Assembly: GCF_006345805.1 (NCBI RefSeq)
Contig: NC_043020.1
Span: forward strand, 28,520,001-28,584,000
Source: Octopus sinensis
Taxonomy: Eukaryota
Length of the DNA: 64,000 nucleotides
Direction: 5' to 3'
Shown here: positions 27,212-40,740 of the stretch, piece by piece
Layout: every line of letters begins with the position of its first letter
How positions within the stretch are numbered: the first letter of the stretch is position 1
Notes under the pieces: generated by a model
Told to the model about the DNA's origin: nothing
Database searches by the model: none
What the model saw: only the letters and a program-made list of their open reading frames with translations
Program-made: the position numbers and the translations under genes

Positions 27212-28519
27212 CTGTCGGTTCAGAGCAATTTCACTCAAATTAGGCAGGTGGGGGAAAGTATTGTCAGTATCGGTCTGTACCATTGACACACGCAGGCCAG
27301 ACGGGTGTGGGCTGTAATTCATAGAACCCGCATTCGTATCGTGGGTCGCCTGCATTTCGTGGGACGACAGGGTGTTTAGGCCAGATATCGAACTGATACC
27401 GGGCAAAGCGAGCGACTGAGATGGGGTCGTCAAAGAGCTGCTGGTACCTTGTTGGGGGTCGAACTGAAATGCATCGAACACCTGAAAGAGGACGAACTTG
27501 GCTGTTGCACGGATGCAGTGGTTTGTGTAGACCCGGGAGAGTTTGGCCGTAAGCGCTATCCTTTTCATCATCGTGGACAAAGCTTCTTTTCCGAGTGGAG
27601 ATGCATTATACCAGATGGAGTCCTGGAAGGATGTGGTCCGAGGATGCTGGAACAGAGCTAACTCGTGCGGGTTTCGCTTCCGCAGGTAGCGCTCGAACGT
27701 GGCCACTGGACACACGGCATTACCTGTAGCATACATCCTCGCACTGCGACTGGAGTCTGGGGACAACGGGGAGCTGTTCGATTCGATGCTACATCCGTTG
27801 GTGTACTGAGACAGCGATTTCCGTTTGTAGACGTATTTTCGACCATATTCATCGGTACCAAAGCCAAAATGGTGAGGGGTGAGATAGCGCTGGTTCTCCT
27901 GTCCCCGACGAAAGAAATAAAATGTAATTTCAAACCAGACCTTGTTGAGGAGGCCTTCTGGTGTGTTGGGGTTAAACACCTGACTGTGGGAATAGAGAGT
28001 AGCCATGTCAGCCTGGCTGATCGGCTCTTTGTGTTCGATCGACCCTTTGCCAGCTTCTTTCAGTCGCTTCAAAGCCACTTTAAACGACATGTTCGATTTA
28101 CGGAATGCCGGGTCGTTCACGATGTTCACAGTTTTCAGGTAACGGTTCAGTCCATGGCGAAGTGCAACCAACGAGGAAAAACTATAGAACTGGCCGCCTT
28201 GTGTACGGACATTGATGTAGAAATCAGAGAGCAGTTCATCCAACTCACTCTTGGCCATATCTTCAATGGCAGTATTGATACCACGGCTATGGCAGAAGTC
28301 ACGGAATATTTTCGCGCTGTACTTGGTGGCTTCTTTGGTTTTTTTGCTGTCATACTGATGGGGTTCTTTCGATGGTGGAGGCATGACCAATAGAGGGACA
28401 TCTTCGTGAATAACTCCAGCCGATTGTAAAGGAATGTTAGTGCTAGCAAGCAGAGAGTTTGCAGTAGAAGTGCACGGCGGAGGAGTCGGCGACGACGAGT
28501 CTAGTGGATTGGAAGCCAT
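27212..28519 (-). CDS. Variable first exon V1: Crypton-derived tyrosine-recombinase-like (DUF3504) domain, 436 aa, predicted catalytically dead
   Basis: ATG at 28519, uninterrupted ORF with KTKEATKYSAKIFRDF, GLNRYL, WFEITFYFFRRGQENQR, CPVATFERYL, PLGKEALSTMMK and VYTNHCIRAT. No GH...Y box follows. Donor CAG|GTAAGT after 27212 (phase 0). Confidence 0.82.
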
Positions 28520-28640
28520 TAGTAACCTTCTTCCGCACGGCACTACGTTCTAGTAGCGTGACGTCACGGCAACATAGATGCGTAGTGAGCACTACGAGAA
28601 GACATAGTGCCCCAACACTATAGAAGCCAAATAAATATTA
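28520..28640 (-). promoter_or_regulatory. Candidate promoter/5'UTR of V1 with CRE palindrome
   Basis: GTGACGTCAC at 28558-28567, locally CpG-rich, repeated ACTACG/CGTAGT. No polypyrimidine-AG acceptor just before the ATG. Confidence 0.45.
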
Positions 28641-29149
28641 CAGATTTATATAAAAGTTGCACGGATTTTTTCCCTCCTTGTAAATTTTTCGCACGGCTAT
28701 ATATTTCCGGGAATACTCTGCTTATACGTTGTTGAAAGAAAGCAAAGAAGCAAATTAATAGTCGATAGCACCTCTCCCACTATCTCTCTCAGTCTATCAT
28801 ACACATCACTATATCCTTATATGTTGCTGACCGCTTCACTCACAAAAGAAAAAAAATATATAAGATTAGTCCGCCGTGACGATAGAATGGCGGCCCAACT
28901 ACAGACAATAACACAAGTCAGCTTAGTTAGTTAACTAATTAAATGTTGAGGAAGACGAAACGAAGAGGGGGGTGCGTGGATAGAAATACGTATTCCTTCA
29001 GAAGTAGGGTATATATATATATTTACGGAAAATAACTGTGTTATCATAGATTGGCGATGTAGCCCAAAAACATGAAGAAATAGTAATTATTAAATGACCA
29101 TTTCAATATAATTTTACTAATTATAATTAAGCTGGTGTGGGTATATAAT

Positions 29150-29361
29150 ATATATGTAGGAAAAAGAGATAGACAGATATATGTATAAATGTGTGTGTGT
29201 GTGTGTATACATATCTATCTATACATCTATATCTCTATATATATGCATATCTATATATATATATATGCATATCTATATATATATCTATATCTATATATAT
29301 ATATATATATATATCATATCTATATATATTCTATATATATATATATATATATATATGCATA

Positions 29362-29404
<43 letters not shown>

Positions 29405-29909
29405 ATCTATATCTATAATATATATATATATCTATATATCTATATATATATATATATCTATCTATATCTATATATATATATATATCTATATCTATATAAT
29501 ATCTATATATATATATATTATCTATATCTATATAGGCATATCTATATATATATATGCATATCTATATATATATAATATGCATATCTATATATATATATAT
29601 ATGCATATCTATATATATCTATATATATATATATATGCATATCTATATATATATATATATTATAATATATCTATATATATATATATATATATATGTATAT
29701 CTATAAAATATGCATATCTATAATATATATATATATGGCCTATCTATATATATATATATATATTATATCTATATATATATATATATATATATGCATATTC
29801 TATATATATATCTATATATATATCTATATATATATCTATATATATGCATATCTATATATATATCTATATATATGCATATCTATATATATATATGCATATC
29901 TATATAACA

Positions 29910-29955
<46 letters not shown>

Positions 29956-30150
29956 TATCTATATATATATCTATATATATATATATAATATATATATATA
30001 TATTATATATGCATATCTATATATATATCTATATATATATATATTATATATATATATCTCATATCTATATATATATCTATATATATATATATCTATATAT
30101 ATATATATGCATATCTATATATATATCTATATATATATATATCTATATCT

Positions 30151-30186
<36 letters not shown>

Positions 30187-30695
30187 ATATCATATATATG
30201 CATATCTATATATATATATCTATTATATATATATAATATATATTATATCATACTATATTATATATATATATATATATATGCATATCTATATATATATATA
30301 TATATATATATATGCATATCTATATATATATATATGCATATCTATATATATATATATTATGCATATCTATATATATATATAATAATGCATCTATATATAT
30401 ATATATATATGCATATCTATATATATTATCATATGCATATCTATATATATATATATATATATATATGCATATCTATATATATATATATATATATATATGC
30501 ATATCTATATATATATATAATATATATATAATATATATATATATATCTATCTATAATATATAATATATATATATATGCATATCTATATATATATATATAC
30601 TATATGCAATATCTATATATATATATATATATGCATATCTATATATATATATATTATATATATGCATATCTATATATAGATATATATATATATGC

Positions 30696-30737
<42 letters not shown>

Positions 30738-31971
30738 TATCTATATATATATATATATATATCAATATCTATATATATAATATATATATAAGCATATCTA
30801 TAATATATATTATATATAGAATATATGCATATCTATATATTATTATATATATATATATGCATATCTATCTATATATATATATATATAATGCATATCTATA
30901 TATATATATATATATGCATATCTATATATATATATGCATATCTATATATATATATATATATATGCATATCTATATATATAATGCTATATCTATATATATA
31001 TATATATATGCATATCATATATATAGATATATATATATATATGCATATCTATATATATATATATCCTAGCAGTATCACCCGGCGTTGCTCGGGTTTGTAA
31101 GGGAAATAACTATAAAGCATTTTTAGAGAGTTATAGCCAAAAAATAGCAAAAAAATGGGAAAAAAATGATGGTAAATTTTTTGAGAATTAAAAAGGTCGA
31201 GTTGCGTCCCTAGAGAGTCTGTGGTTTGTGTTTCTGATTCTCGACCCCACGTCGAATTTATCAATTTTTTTTTGCAGAACTGGAGGAACTTTTCAAGATT
31301 TTTCGCTGCGTTAGTTTTGAATTATGACATTGGCTATGTGTGTATCAAGTTTCATCAGATCGGTTGAAAGCCGTGGTCAGGGTGAGGGTACAACCTAACA
31401 GACACCCAGACACACACCACAGACAAACTGCGTTTTTATAGAGAGAGATATATATATATGCATATCTATATATATATATATATGCATATCTCATCTATAT
31501 ATATATAATATATGCATATCTATATATATATATATGCAATATACAAATATAATATAAATATATATATATATATATATATTATATACAATATAAATATAAA
31601 TATATATATATATATACATATATATACAAATATAAATATAAATATATATATATATTATATATATATATATATACAAATATAAATATAAATAGATATATAA
31701 TATATATATATATATATACAAATATAATATAAATATTATATATATATATATTATATACAAATATAAATATAAATATATATATATATACATATATATACAA
31801 ATATAATATAAATATATATATATATATATACACAATATAAATAAAATATATATTAATATATATACAAATATAAATATAAAATAATAGATATATATATATA
31901 TATACAAATATAATATATATAATATATATATATATACAAATATAAATATATATATATATATATATATACAA

Positions 31972-32011
<40 letters not shown>

Positions 32012-32170
32012 TATATATACAAATATAAATATATATCTTATATATTATATATACAAAATAAATATATATATTATATATAATATATACAAATATAAATATA
32101 TATATATATATATATATATCCAAATATAATATATATATATATATATATAATATCACAAATATAAATAAAA

Positions 32171-32210
<40 letters not shown>

Positions 32211-32468
32211 ATCTAATAAAACTGTATATATATATATATATAATATATATCTATATATATATATGCATATCTATATATATATATATATATATGCATATCT
32301 ATATTATATAATAATATATATGCATATCTATATATATATATATATATGCATATCTATATATAATATGTATATCTATATATATATATGTATGCATATCTAT
32401 ATATATATATGTATGTAAATCTATATATATATATGTATGCATTCTATATAATATATATATATATATAT

Positions 32469-32499
<31 letters not shown>

Positions 32500-32865
32500 C
32501 TATATATATATATTATATATATCTATACACATATATATCTATATCTATACACACACACACATATATATATACACACATATATATAAATACACACACACAC
32601 AAATATATATATGTTTATGTATGCGTATGTATATATAAATGCACAGGCATACGTACGGCTCTGTGTGTGTGTGTGTGTGTGCATATATAGACAGATTACT
32701 ATTGCCTCTATATTGTGTGCGCGCGCGATTGTGTATATCACTATAGGGAAATGGTTAATTGGGACTTCGAAGCTTCGGCTTACTCATCAGATTGTCAGCC
32801 ACAACTTCGAAGTTACTCTCAACATTTTCCTTCCTGAAATTAAAATTATATATATCTATATATAT

Positions 32866-32910
<45 letters not shown>
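29150..32910. repeat. ~3.7-kb AT satellite, (AT)n-GCATATCT units, with a variant (AT)n-ACAAATATAAAT block at ~31540-32215
   Basis: Direct inspection; interrupted by a Helitron-like insert at 31066-31448. Confidence 0.9.
31066..31448 (-). mobile_element. Non-autonomous Helitron-like element
   Basis: On - it starts TCTCTCT..ATAAAA and ends with the hairpin CCCGAGCAACGCCGGG followed by ...CTAG. Same family at 49411-49698 (+) and 61761-62140 (-). Confidence 0.65.
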
Positions 32911-33163
32911 CTTTATTTTTGTTTCAATCATTTGGCTGCGGCCATGCTGGAGCACCGCCTTTAGTCGGACAAATCGACCCCGGGACTGACTTATCCTTTG
33001 TAAGCCTAGTACTTAATGTACTGTCCTGTTTTGCCGAACTGCTAGGTTACGAGGACGTAAACACACCAACAGCGGTTGTCAAGCAGTGGTGGGGAACAAG
33101 CACAAAGACAAAACCCCCCACACAACCCATACCAGCATGGACAAAAGTCGTTAAATGATGATG

Positions 33164-33204
<41 letters not shown>

Positions 33205-34146
33205 TGTGTGTGTATTTTTTGGTATCTGGCTACCAAATCCACTCGGTTTTGGACACCCAGAAGCTATAACTGGAGACACTTGGTGAAGGTGCCACCCTGT
33301 GGGACTGAACTCAGAACCATGTGGTCAAGAAATATATATAAATTTAATACAAATGTATATATTATATATATATATATATATATTATATATACATACAAAT
33401 ATACCTATATGCATATACATATATATACATATCCATATATATACATATATATACACACACACACATATATATATATACACATATATATACATATATAAAC
33501 ACATACACACGTGGTGGGTGCTGAATAAATACTGGTTCTGGGTAAAATTTAGGAGGGTCAATTAATAAGGTTGGGCCTCCAACAAGACACCCTGAAAGCC
33601 AGGAACTTTTCAATGTCCCCCCCATATGTGTGTGTGTGTGAAAGTGCATGGTGCAGTCAGGCCCCTGTGCTCATGATCACCAGACTGTAGTTTCAATTCC
33701 CAAACCGAGCGGCATCATGTCCTTCAGCAAGGTGTTTCATTTTATGTCACTTTCACTGGGTGTAGATTAACCTTGTGATGGCCTGGAACTGCATTCAAAG
33801 GTATTGCAATCCCAGGTGCAAAAATGTCATTGAAATCAAGACAGACTCTAGCCTATAGGCTGGAAAGATACACACATAGATATATATGTATATGCCTCGT
33901 GTGGCACCTGTGCAGGTGGCACATAAAAAGCACCCACTACACTCACGGAGTGGTTGGCGTTAGGAAGGGCATCCAGCTGTAGAAACACTGCCAGATCAGA
34001 CTGGGCCTGGCGCAGCCTACTGGCTTCCCAGACCCCAGTTGAACCATCCAACCCATGCTAGAATGGAAAACGATGATGATGATATATATATATGAAAAAA
34101 CAAGTAAAAAATAGAAAATGCTAAAATAATTTTATAGTGAACATTT

Positions 34147-34184
34147 CAGTACCGGTTTCGGTCATTTTGAGACCTTTTCAACTG
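34147..34184 (-). ncRNA. Second copy of the same hammerhead ribozyme in the left pLTR
   Basis: Exact reverse complement of 35510-35547. Confidence 0.65.
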
Positions 34185-35509
34185 TAACGATTAAATAATT
34201 AAATTTAGAAAAATTAGAAGAAAAGTTTTTTTAAAAGAATATTTCTATAAGTAGTGTTCAGATTTAAGTGGCATTCTGCCTTTCTCCACACACAACCCTC
34301 TCAATAACGAAGCCTTCGACACCATCCTCCACAACATACCCCTCCTAAAAAAAGACCACAGAATGAACACAATCCTCCAAACACACACGATCATAAAAAG
34401 CAAAAGACAGCCTAGATCCATGAAAAGTCTCCTTACACAAGCCCGAATTCACTCAACACAGAAGCCGACAGTAAAAAAATGTGGAAGACCCAATTGCGGG
34501 ATATGCGACTATCTAATCGAGTGTTCTGAGTTCTCCTTCAAACAGGGACAACGTTTTACAGTGAAAAGCAACTTCACATGTGCTTCGGAGAACCTAATAT
34601 ACTCACTAATCTGCTCCGGGTGTCAAGAGCAGTACATAGGCCAAACAAAAAATGGTTTGCGTAAACGAATGGCCCTGCACAGATCCCAGATAAAAATTCC
34701 CCAAAACAGAAAAATAGCTTTTAGCCAACACATAGATACTTGCGCCAACAAAAAAACACCAAACTTCAGAATTTTCCCCCTCTACCAATTTAGGGACGAT
34801 ACAACCTCGAGACAACGAATAAGTAAAGAAAATCTCTTTATTACAAAATACAAGCCACTTCTTAACGGGTCTACAATTAATATACCTCAACTTTAGAATA
34901 AAAGAAAAAAATATATATACACACACAAATACTACACTCCATAGAATCCATTACTAATCAGCCCCTTCATAGCTATATTTACACCCATTCATATTCTCCC
35001 TTCTCTGTTTTTTTCTTCTTCTTCTTCTTCCTCATCATCGTTATCATCATCATCAGCATCATCACCACCATCTTCTCCTTCTCCTCCTCCTCCTTCTTCT
35101 TCTTCATCATCATCGTCGTCATAATCATCACCACCATCACCATCATCGTCATCTTCTCCACCCCCTACCCCTTAAGTTTGTCACTAATGTTTTTTAGTAT
35201 AACACCTACGCTAATTCTATAAACAAGCCTGTCAATATAAATATTCTCCTGAATTGAACTGAGACTGCCAGCCGCCACTGACCATTCAAAATACGACCAT
35301 CAGGGCACTCCCAGATTCTCCCACCCCCTTTCCTCACCAGCCTTCCCTCTACTACCCTACCAAGAACTCACAACTACCTCGAACACACAAGTGCAAACAA
35401 GGGAGTCAGAGAAAGGCAGAATGCCACTTAAATCTGAACACTACTATAGAAATATTCTTTTAAAAAAACTTTTCTTCTAATTTTTCTAAATTTAATTATT
35501 TAATCGTTA

Positions 35510-35547
35510 CAGTTGAAAAGGTCTCAAAATGACCGAAACCGGTACTG
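35510..35547 (+). ncRNA. Minimal type I hammerhead ribozyme (U3-A8 variant) in Penelope pLTR
   Basis: CAG-TTGAAAA-GGTC(TCAAAAT)GACC-GAAA-CCGG-TA-CTG: stem I CAG/CTG, stem II GGTC/GACC, palindromic mini stem III, GUA cleavage triplet. Confidence 0.65.
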
Positions 35548-36628
35548 AAATGTTCACTATAAAATTATTTTAGCATTTTCTATTTTTTACTTGTTTTTTC
35601 ATATATATCAACTCGTGTGTTCCTTTTCACCCGTATACATATATATATATATATTATATATATATATATAATATATATATAATATATTAATAATATTATT
35701 ATAATAATAGTCACTCCCTCTGTATGTGTGTGTGTTCATCTCTCTGAGTATGTCATTGCTGCCACCCACTAGATAAGCTATGTTGGTTTGTTTACGTCCC
35801 CATAAGTGGTTCAGCCAAAGGAACTGAAAGAATAGGTACCAGACTATAAAAATAAGCGTTGGGGTAGATTTGTTTGACTAAACCCGTAAAGGTGGGGCTT
35901 CATTTTGGTTGCAATCCAATGACAGAAGCGTGGAACAACAGAATAAAGAGTTGTTGTTCTTAAAATATCTATAAAGCATCTTATTTCGTTACTTTTGTCC
36001 TTTAGTGGATCAAATTATAAAAATTCTATGGTTCAACGAGTTATTAGCTGTTTTTAGTATAACAGCGGCTGACGAGGTGAAAAGTTAGTCAAACACGCAG
36101 CTGTCCTACGAAATAGCATATGGTAAATATTCCATATTGTTCTGTGTGATACGTCTGAGGTCCGTTCGTCCCGTTTGATTATACCAGACATAAACTGGGG
36201 CACCAATTACCTGTCCGGTTAAAGTGTGTGCGCGCGAGGGCGCAGCACACACAGAAACCACCCCAAAATATTTATACTTAATCCATCTTGGCTGCAAACA
36301 ATATTCTGTGAACCATTTATATTGGCGATTTGGTCAGGATTATAAACTTCGTGAATTATAGGAAGAATAGATTCAAGATATATATATAAAACATATACAA
36401 TAAGGAAAAAAAACAAGCAAAAACCATGAACATCATAAAAAAACGTTTACTACTACTACTACTACTACTACTACATTAACACGTATTATGATAAACAATA
36501 AGTGAATTAGAAAAGTGATTTCTAACTACAGTGACCTAGTTACTGATCAGCATTAGTGACCCAGGTTTGGAACACAGAGAACTGTTGAAGTTACGAAGTA
36601 CCAAATACTACACAGACACACACACGAT

Positions 36629-36685
<57 letters not shown>

Positions 36686-37828
36686 TATAGTGCTTCGTTG
36701 CTGGTGATATCAACAAGAAAAAGCACTCCATCTAGTGAGAGAGATAAATATTTTAATATACACAGGATTTAAATGCGAGTTACTATCAGTTTCATGTCTC
36801 TGAAAATACGAAATAACACTGTGTGTTAGTGTAAGTGTGAGCTTACACATCTATCTAATGATGAAGACACACTGGTGCTAATCTCCACACACACACATAC
36901 ATACAAGAGTGGGAGAAGCGATATAGAACAGGATTTTGCTCCAACTTGTTCATCCTTAATCGAGCTCATTTGCCTGTCTCTCTCAACCCTTCCATCCACA
37001 CACAACAATAAGAGCCTGCTAATAGAATGGTAGTAGTCTTCAGTAGAAACTCCTAACTTTATATAGTGCCGCCACGCTTAGTCTCTTCTCACACCCATCG
37101 TATCACACAATCTGCATTATTATTATCATCATCATAACTAATCGATAACAGATTATTTAATCTATCACAAGACATCGAACTACTCTTGAATATTATTAGA
37201 ATGTTCTTTTGTTCGCTTTTTTTATCTCCTTTCTTTCTTTCCAGATTATAGTTGGACATCAAATACTACCACTATATTCGCTATTCGAAGCCTCGAGACA
37301 CGAAAGCTAAATTAATCGAAACTTCGAAACCTGCATTTTCGTCTCAAGAACTATATTTTGGTTCGCTTCCTTGTAGTTTTAGTATTTTTGTTGTTATTTC
37401 AACCCCCATTCAACACTGATCGCACACAAAAGGATTTAAACAGCTATAACCGTCTCATTCGCCCCTAATTCAGCTTATCTAGGACTACCATTATCCAGGA
37501 CTATTTTATGAGTGAAGTTTTACTGCTATTTCTAGCAGGTGAAGTGCAATATTGAGACTCCCTCGTTGGCTAACTAGAAATAACAGCTAACTTAAACTCA
37601 TATCACATCCCACTGCCTTTAAAACGACCAAGGAAAAGTGTTGCACAGTGTAGTCCCAAATACACTGTATCTGTCTGGGTAATTTTTTTTTTTAAAGAGA
37701 CGATTATCCTTAACTGAAAGGTTTTCCATCGGGCACTGGCAATCTGAAATGCCGCGCCTAACCACAAATTACCTTCAACTTTTTTTTTTCTTTCTGTTAA
37801 TAGTGTGGTCCGCCTGATAAATAATGTG

Positions 37829-38125
37829 TAGTGGTTCACAACCAGGGTCCATTATAAAATTTTGGGGATCCATGCAGCAAAATACGAAATTGTACTTTAA
37901 GGGCCCTTGAAAAACATTTTGATCTAGATGTATGTATTGTTAGAGCTAGGTTCTTTCTCTACCTAGTTCAAACTACACAATTAATGAGTGAAAAGCAAAG
38001 TAGGAATTTTAAAAGAAGTTTCTATAAAACTAGTTCTTTAATCATCGGAAGGCAACGGGGTCCACCAAAATAAAATATCAATCAAGGGGATCCATAGATT
38101 TTTAAAAAATGGTTGACAACCCTTG
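37829..38125. mobile_element. hAT-like MITE remnant
   Basis: Ends tagtggttcacaacc and ggttgacaacccttg resemble the termini of the 15887-16421 element. Confidence 0.45.
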
Positions 38126-38160
38126 AGTTATGTATCTCATATGGCCCACTTCTCGAAAAT

Positions 38161-38844
38161 GGTACCCAGTATTTTGACTGCCAGTCAATTTCACCCCCCG
38201 ATGTTAGGAAAAAATAAAACGTTGAATAAAGAGATACAATAAAAAGCCAAATCGACTGAGCGATTGGAGGGTCACTTACTTTTGCTTGACGCCAGTTCCT
38301 GATATTGCGACTTACATGCGAAGAGGGAGGCATGAGAGCCATTTCCTTGTCATCAAGCTTTTCACGAATGGTCGCAATTAACGAACGGGAAGATTCCTGG
38401 GAAGCAGCTGCTTGGGCCTTCAGGTCCGCCAAAGTTTTGCGAACTTTGGGCACGGAAGCACACGAACTATGAAGATGTTCACCAACGCGCTTCACTATGG
38501 TATAATCTTCGTCGTGTGTCATGGTGTGGACTCGGGCTTTACAGGACCTAATTTCGCATTTCCAGTAAGTCTTAGATCCATCGGAATTTTTTTTCTGTGT
38601 TTCATATATGTAATTCATGTTATCCACAAGTTTCTTCCCTCCGCGGATGCTGTTAAATACGTGAGGCATGGTGCGTGTGTATTTTCTCTTTAAGTAACGG
38701 ATGAGGCAAGAACGGATCCCGGATAAACCTATAAACTCATGTTTTTTTTTTTTCTAATATCAGGAGTGAAATTACCGGAAGTGAAACTGACTGGCAGTCA
38801 AATTACCGGAGTCAAAATACCGGAAGTAAAATTACCTAGAATCC
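38161..38844 (-). mobile_element. Internally deleted Mutator-like (MULE) element carrying a FLYWCH ORF
   Basis: Imperfect TIRs (cagtattttgactgccagtcaatttcac versus gtgaaactgactggcagtcaaattaccg), subterminal tandem repeats at 38761-38840, and flanks tcgaaaat (38153-38160) / tcgaaaac (38845-38852) as a 7/8 TSD. Confidence 0.75.
38280..38669 (-). CDS. Candidate variable first exon V2: FLYWCH domain (MULE transposase N-terminus), 130 aa
   Basis: ACCATG start; GGKKLVDNMNYIY...KTYWKCEIRSCKARVHT...GEHLH. Donor AAA|GTAAGT after 38280 (phase 0). Confidence 0.55.
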
Positions 38845-40529
38845 TCGAAAACGTTGCTCAATGGAACCAAACAAAAATTGGGGGGAGGGGTACTACAGAC
38901 AGCTCTCTCTCTCTCTCTCTCACACACACATATATACACGAGAAAATAAAATTTACTTAGGGTGTGTAAACCCAGGTTTAAAAATTTTTTTTTTACAAAC
39001 CTTGTTTGGAAGAGATTTGTAAAATCTTCGGGGGAGGTGACCTTGCACCAGCTGCACTCCCTATTCCCGGGCCTATAACACACACTCACGGTCCGCTCAT
39101 ACATTTACCCCTATTCTCAAGTAAACAACCGAGGTGTTTAACTGTTTTCTGGATGTCCATCCACTTTGAGTTGTCAGAAACATGTGAAAGGGGTTAGAGA
39201 TGATCCCTATCAACAGGGTCCTCGGACAGATTTGATTTTACTTGATATATCTTCTATGTTTCAGTCATTAGTTTGCTACTTATTCTATTAGTCTCTTTTG
39301 CTGAACTGCTAGTTCACAGGGATGTAAAACTCACCAACAGCAGTTGTCAAGTGGTAGCAGGGGACAAACAGACAAACAGACACGAAGACACACACATACA
39401 GATATAAATATATACAATGGGCTTCATACAGTTTCCGCCTGCCAAATCCACTCACAAGGCTTTGGTCAGCCCAACATTATAGTAGAAGACAGTTGGCCAA
39501 TATGCTACACAGTGGGACTGAACCAGGAACGTTGTGGTTGGGACGCAAGCTTCTTACCACACAGCCATTTATTCCTAAATTAAAGCAAAGAACCCCAAAG
39601 CATACAAATGTAAAGGTTTTGCCTAAATTTTTGTTTCTTTTCCTTTTTTCTTTGGTATGAGACTGATGTTGCCTAATTAATTTGAATAACGATGAAGAAG
39701 ACTACGTGGAGTTGATTACATTTATTTGTTGATTGTTTTTAAGCCCTACTAAATGGTATTCAGCGAATTCTGAATTCTGTCAATTTGGTAAATAATAAAA
39801 GAATTATTTCTATCTACAGAAACAGTGGAATCCCTTATACACTTTTAGCCAATCATATTAAGAGCCCCTATGAAGGGGCTCTTAATGTAATTAAACCAAC
39901 CATTTCTGACCAAAATATAGTACCCGTTTTATGGTCAAACTGACTAGAATTGGCCTAACCTACAGTGTTATTCCAAAATTATATAATCACATCATTGAAA
40001 CCTCAAAGCTACGAGATAATGAAGGATTAACTCAAAATGATGTGAATAAAAAAACATTTGACAAAATAATCTGAAAGCCAAAGGGATAAGGACAGTGAAA
40101 CACTAATGATGGCTGGCATTATGAAGATTGGGGAAAGAAGTGACATAGCTGAGTGTGCTGTCCAAGGCAACCCTTGTGTTTGCCAAAGCATGCTTATACA
40201 GCAGACCCAAGGGTGCTGCCCTGATAAAAGCATTGGATGGGGCAGGCTGTCCCTTCGTCCCTAGCTATGTAATTGGGGAAGCTAAGTAAAAGCATGGTTT
40301 TACTTAGTCTTTGCACACTGGCTAGTCCCTTGCAACCCTCTCCAGCTGAGCATCTCTAATCTTGGGAGCTCATAAGTGCTGGTGCCATGTATATAATAAT
40401 GAAATTATTGTATAAAGTGCTCAGGTGCACCACAACTTGTCAAAAGTGCGTATAAAGCATATACAGTAATGTACAAATGTCTGGGAAGTGAACAGTGTAT
40501 GAGTCAGATACATGCTTGTGTGTGAATGA

Positions 40530-40740
40530 AGGGGAGAAAATCAGGTATAGTGTTGGCGAATCTCAGGAAGAATGGAGGTTTTGAAGGATGCAGTGCTCCG
40601 ATAACTAACAACTGATGCCGGCAGTTTGTTCCGTACTTCAGCAACTCTTAGCGTGAAAAAAATTTTCTGAAAGTCATGGGAGCTGTGCTGTTTTCTGACT
40701 TTGTAAACATGTCCACAGGTGCTGCGTAAAAGCATCAAGT
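40530..40740 (-). mobile_element. CR1-clade LINE 3' end
   Basis: TCGHVYKVRKQHSSHDFQKIFFTLRVAEVRNKLPASVVS..STASFK matches the CR1 ORF2 C-terminal pattern TRGH..K...FF..RV...WN.LP..VV. Confidence 0.7.

Larger units (their letters stand above)
34081..35609 (+). mobile_element. Penelope-like element remnant: GIY-YIG endonuclease ORF (34363-34896) between inverted ~205-bp pseudo-LTRs
   Basis: ORF has CGRPNCGICD...NLIYSLICSGCQEQYIGQT...RMALHR...ENLFITKY. 34081-34286 is the reverse complement of 35409-35609. Confidence 0.85.

Noticed and set aside
27449-28449. ORFs antisense or out of frame to V1 (e.g. 27665-28393 +)
   Set aside because: Shadow ORFs of a GC-richer coding exon with no domain motifs.
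29181-33650. Many I/Y-rich ORFs (also at 13615-14170 and 26519-26766)
   Set aside because: Translations of (TA)n microsatellite, which lacks stop codons in some frames.
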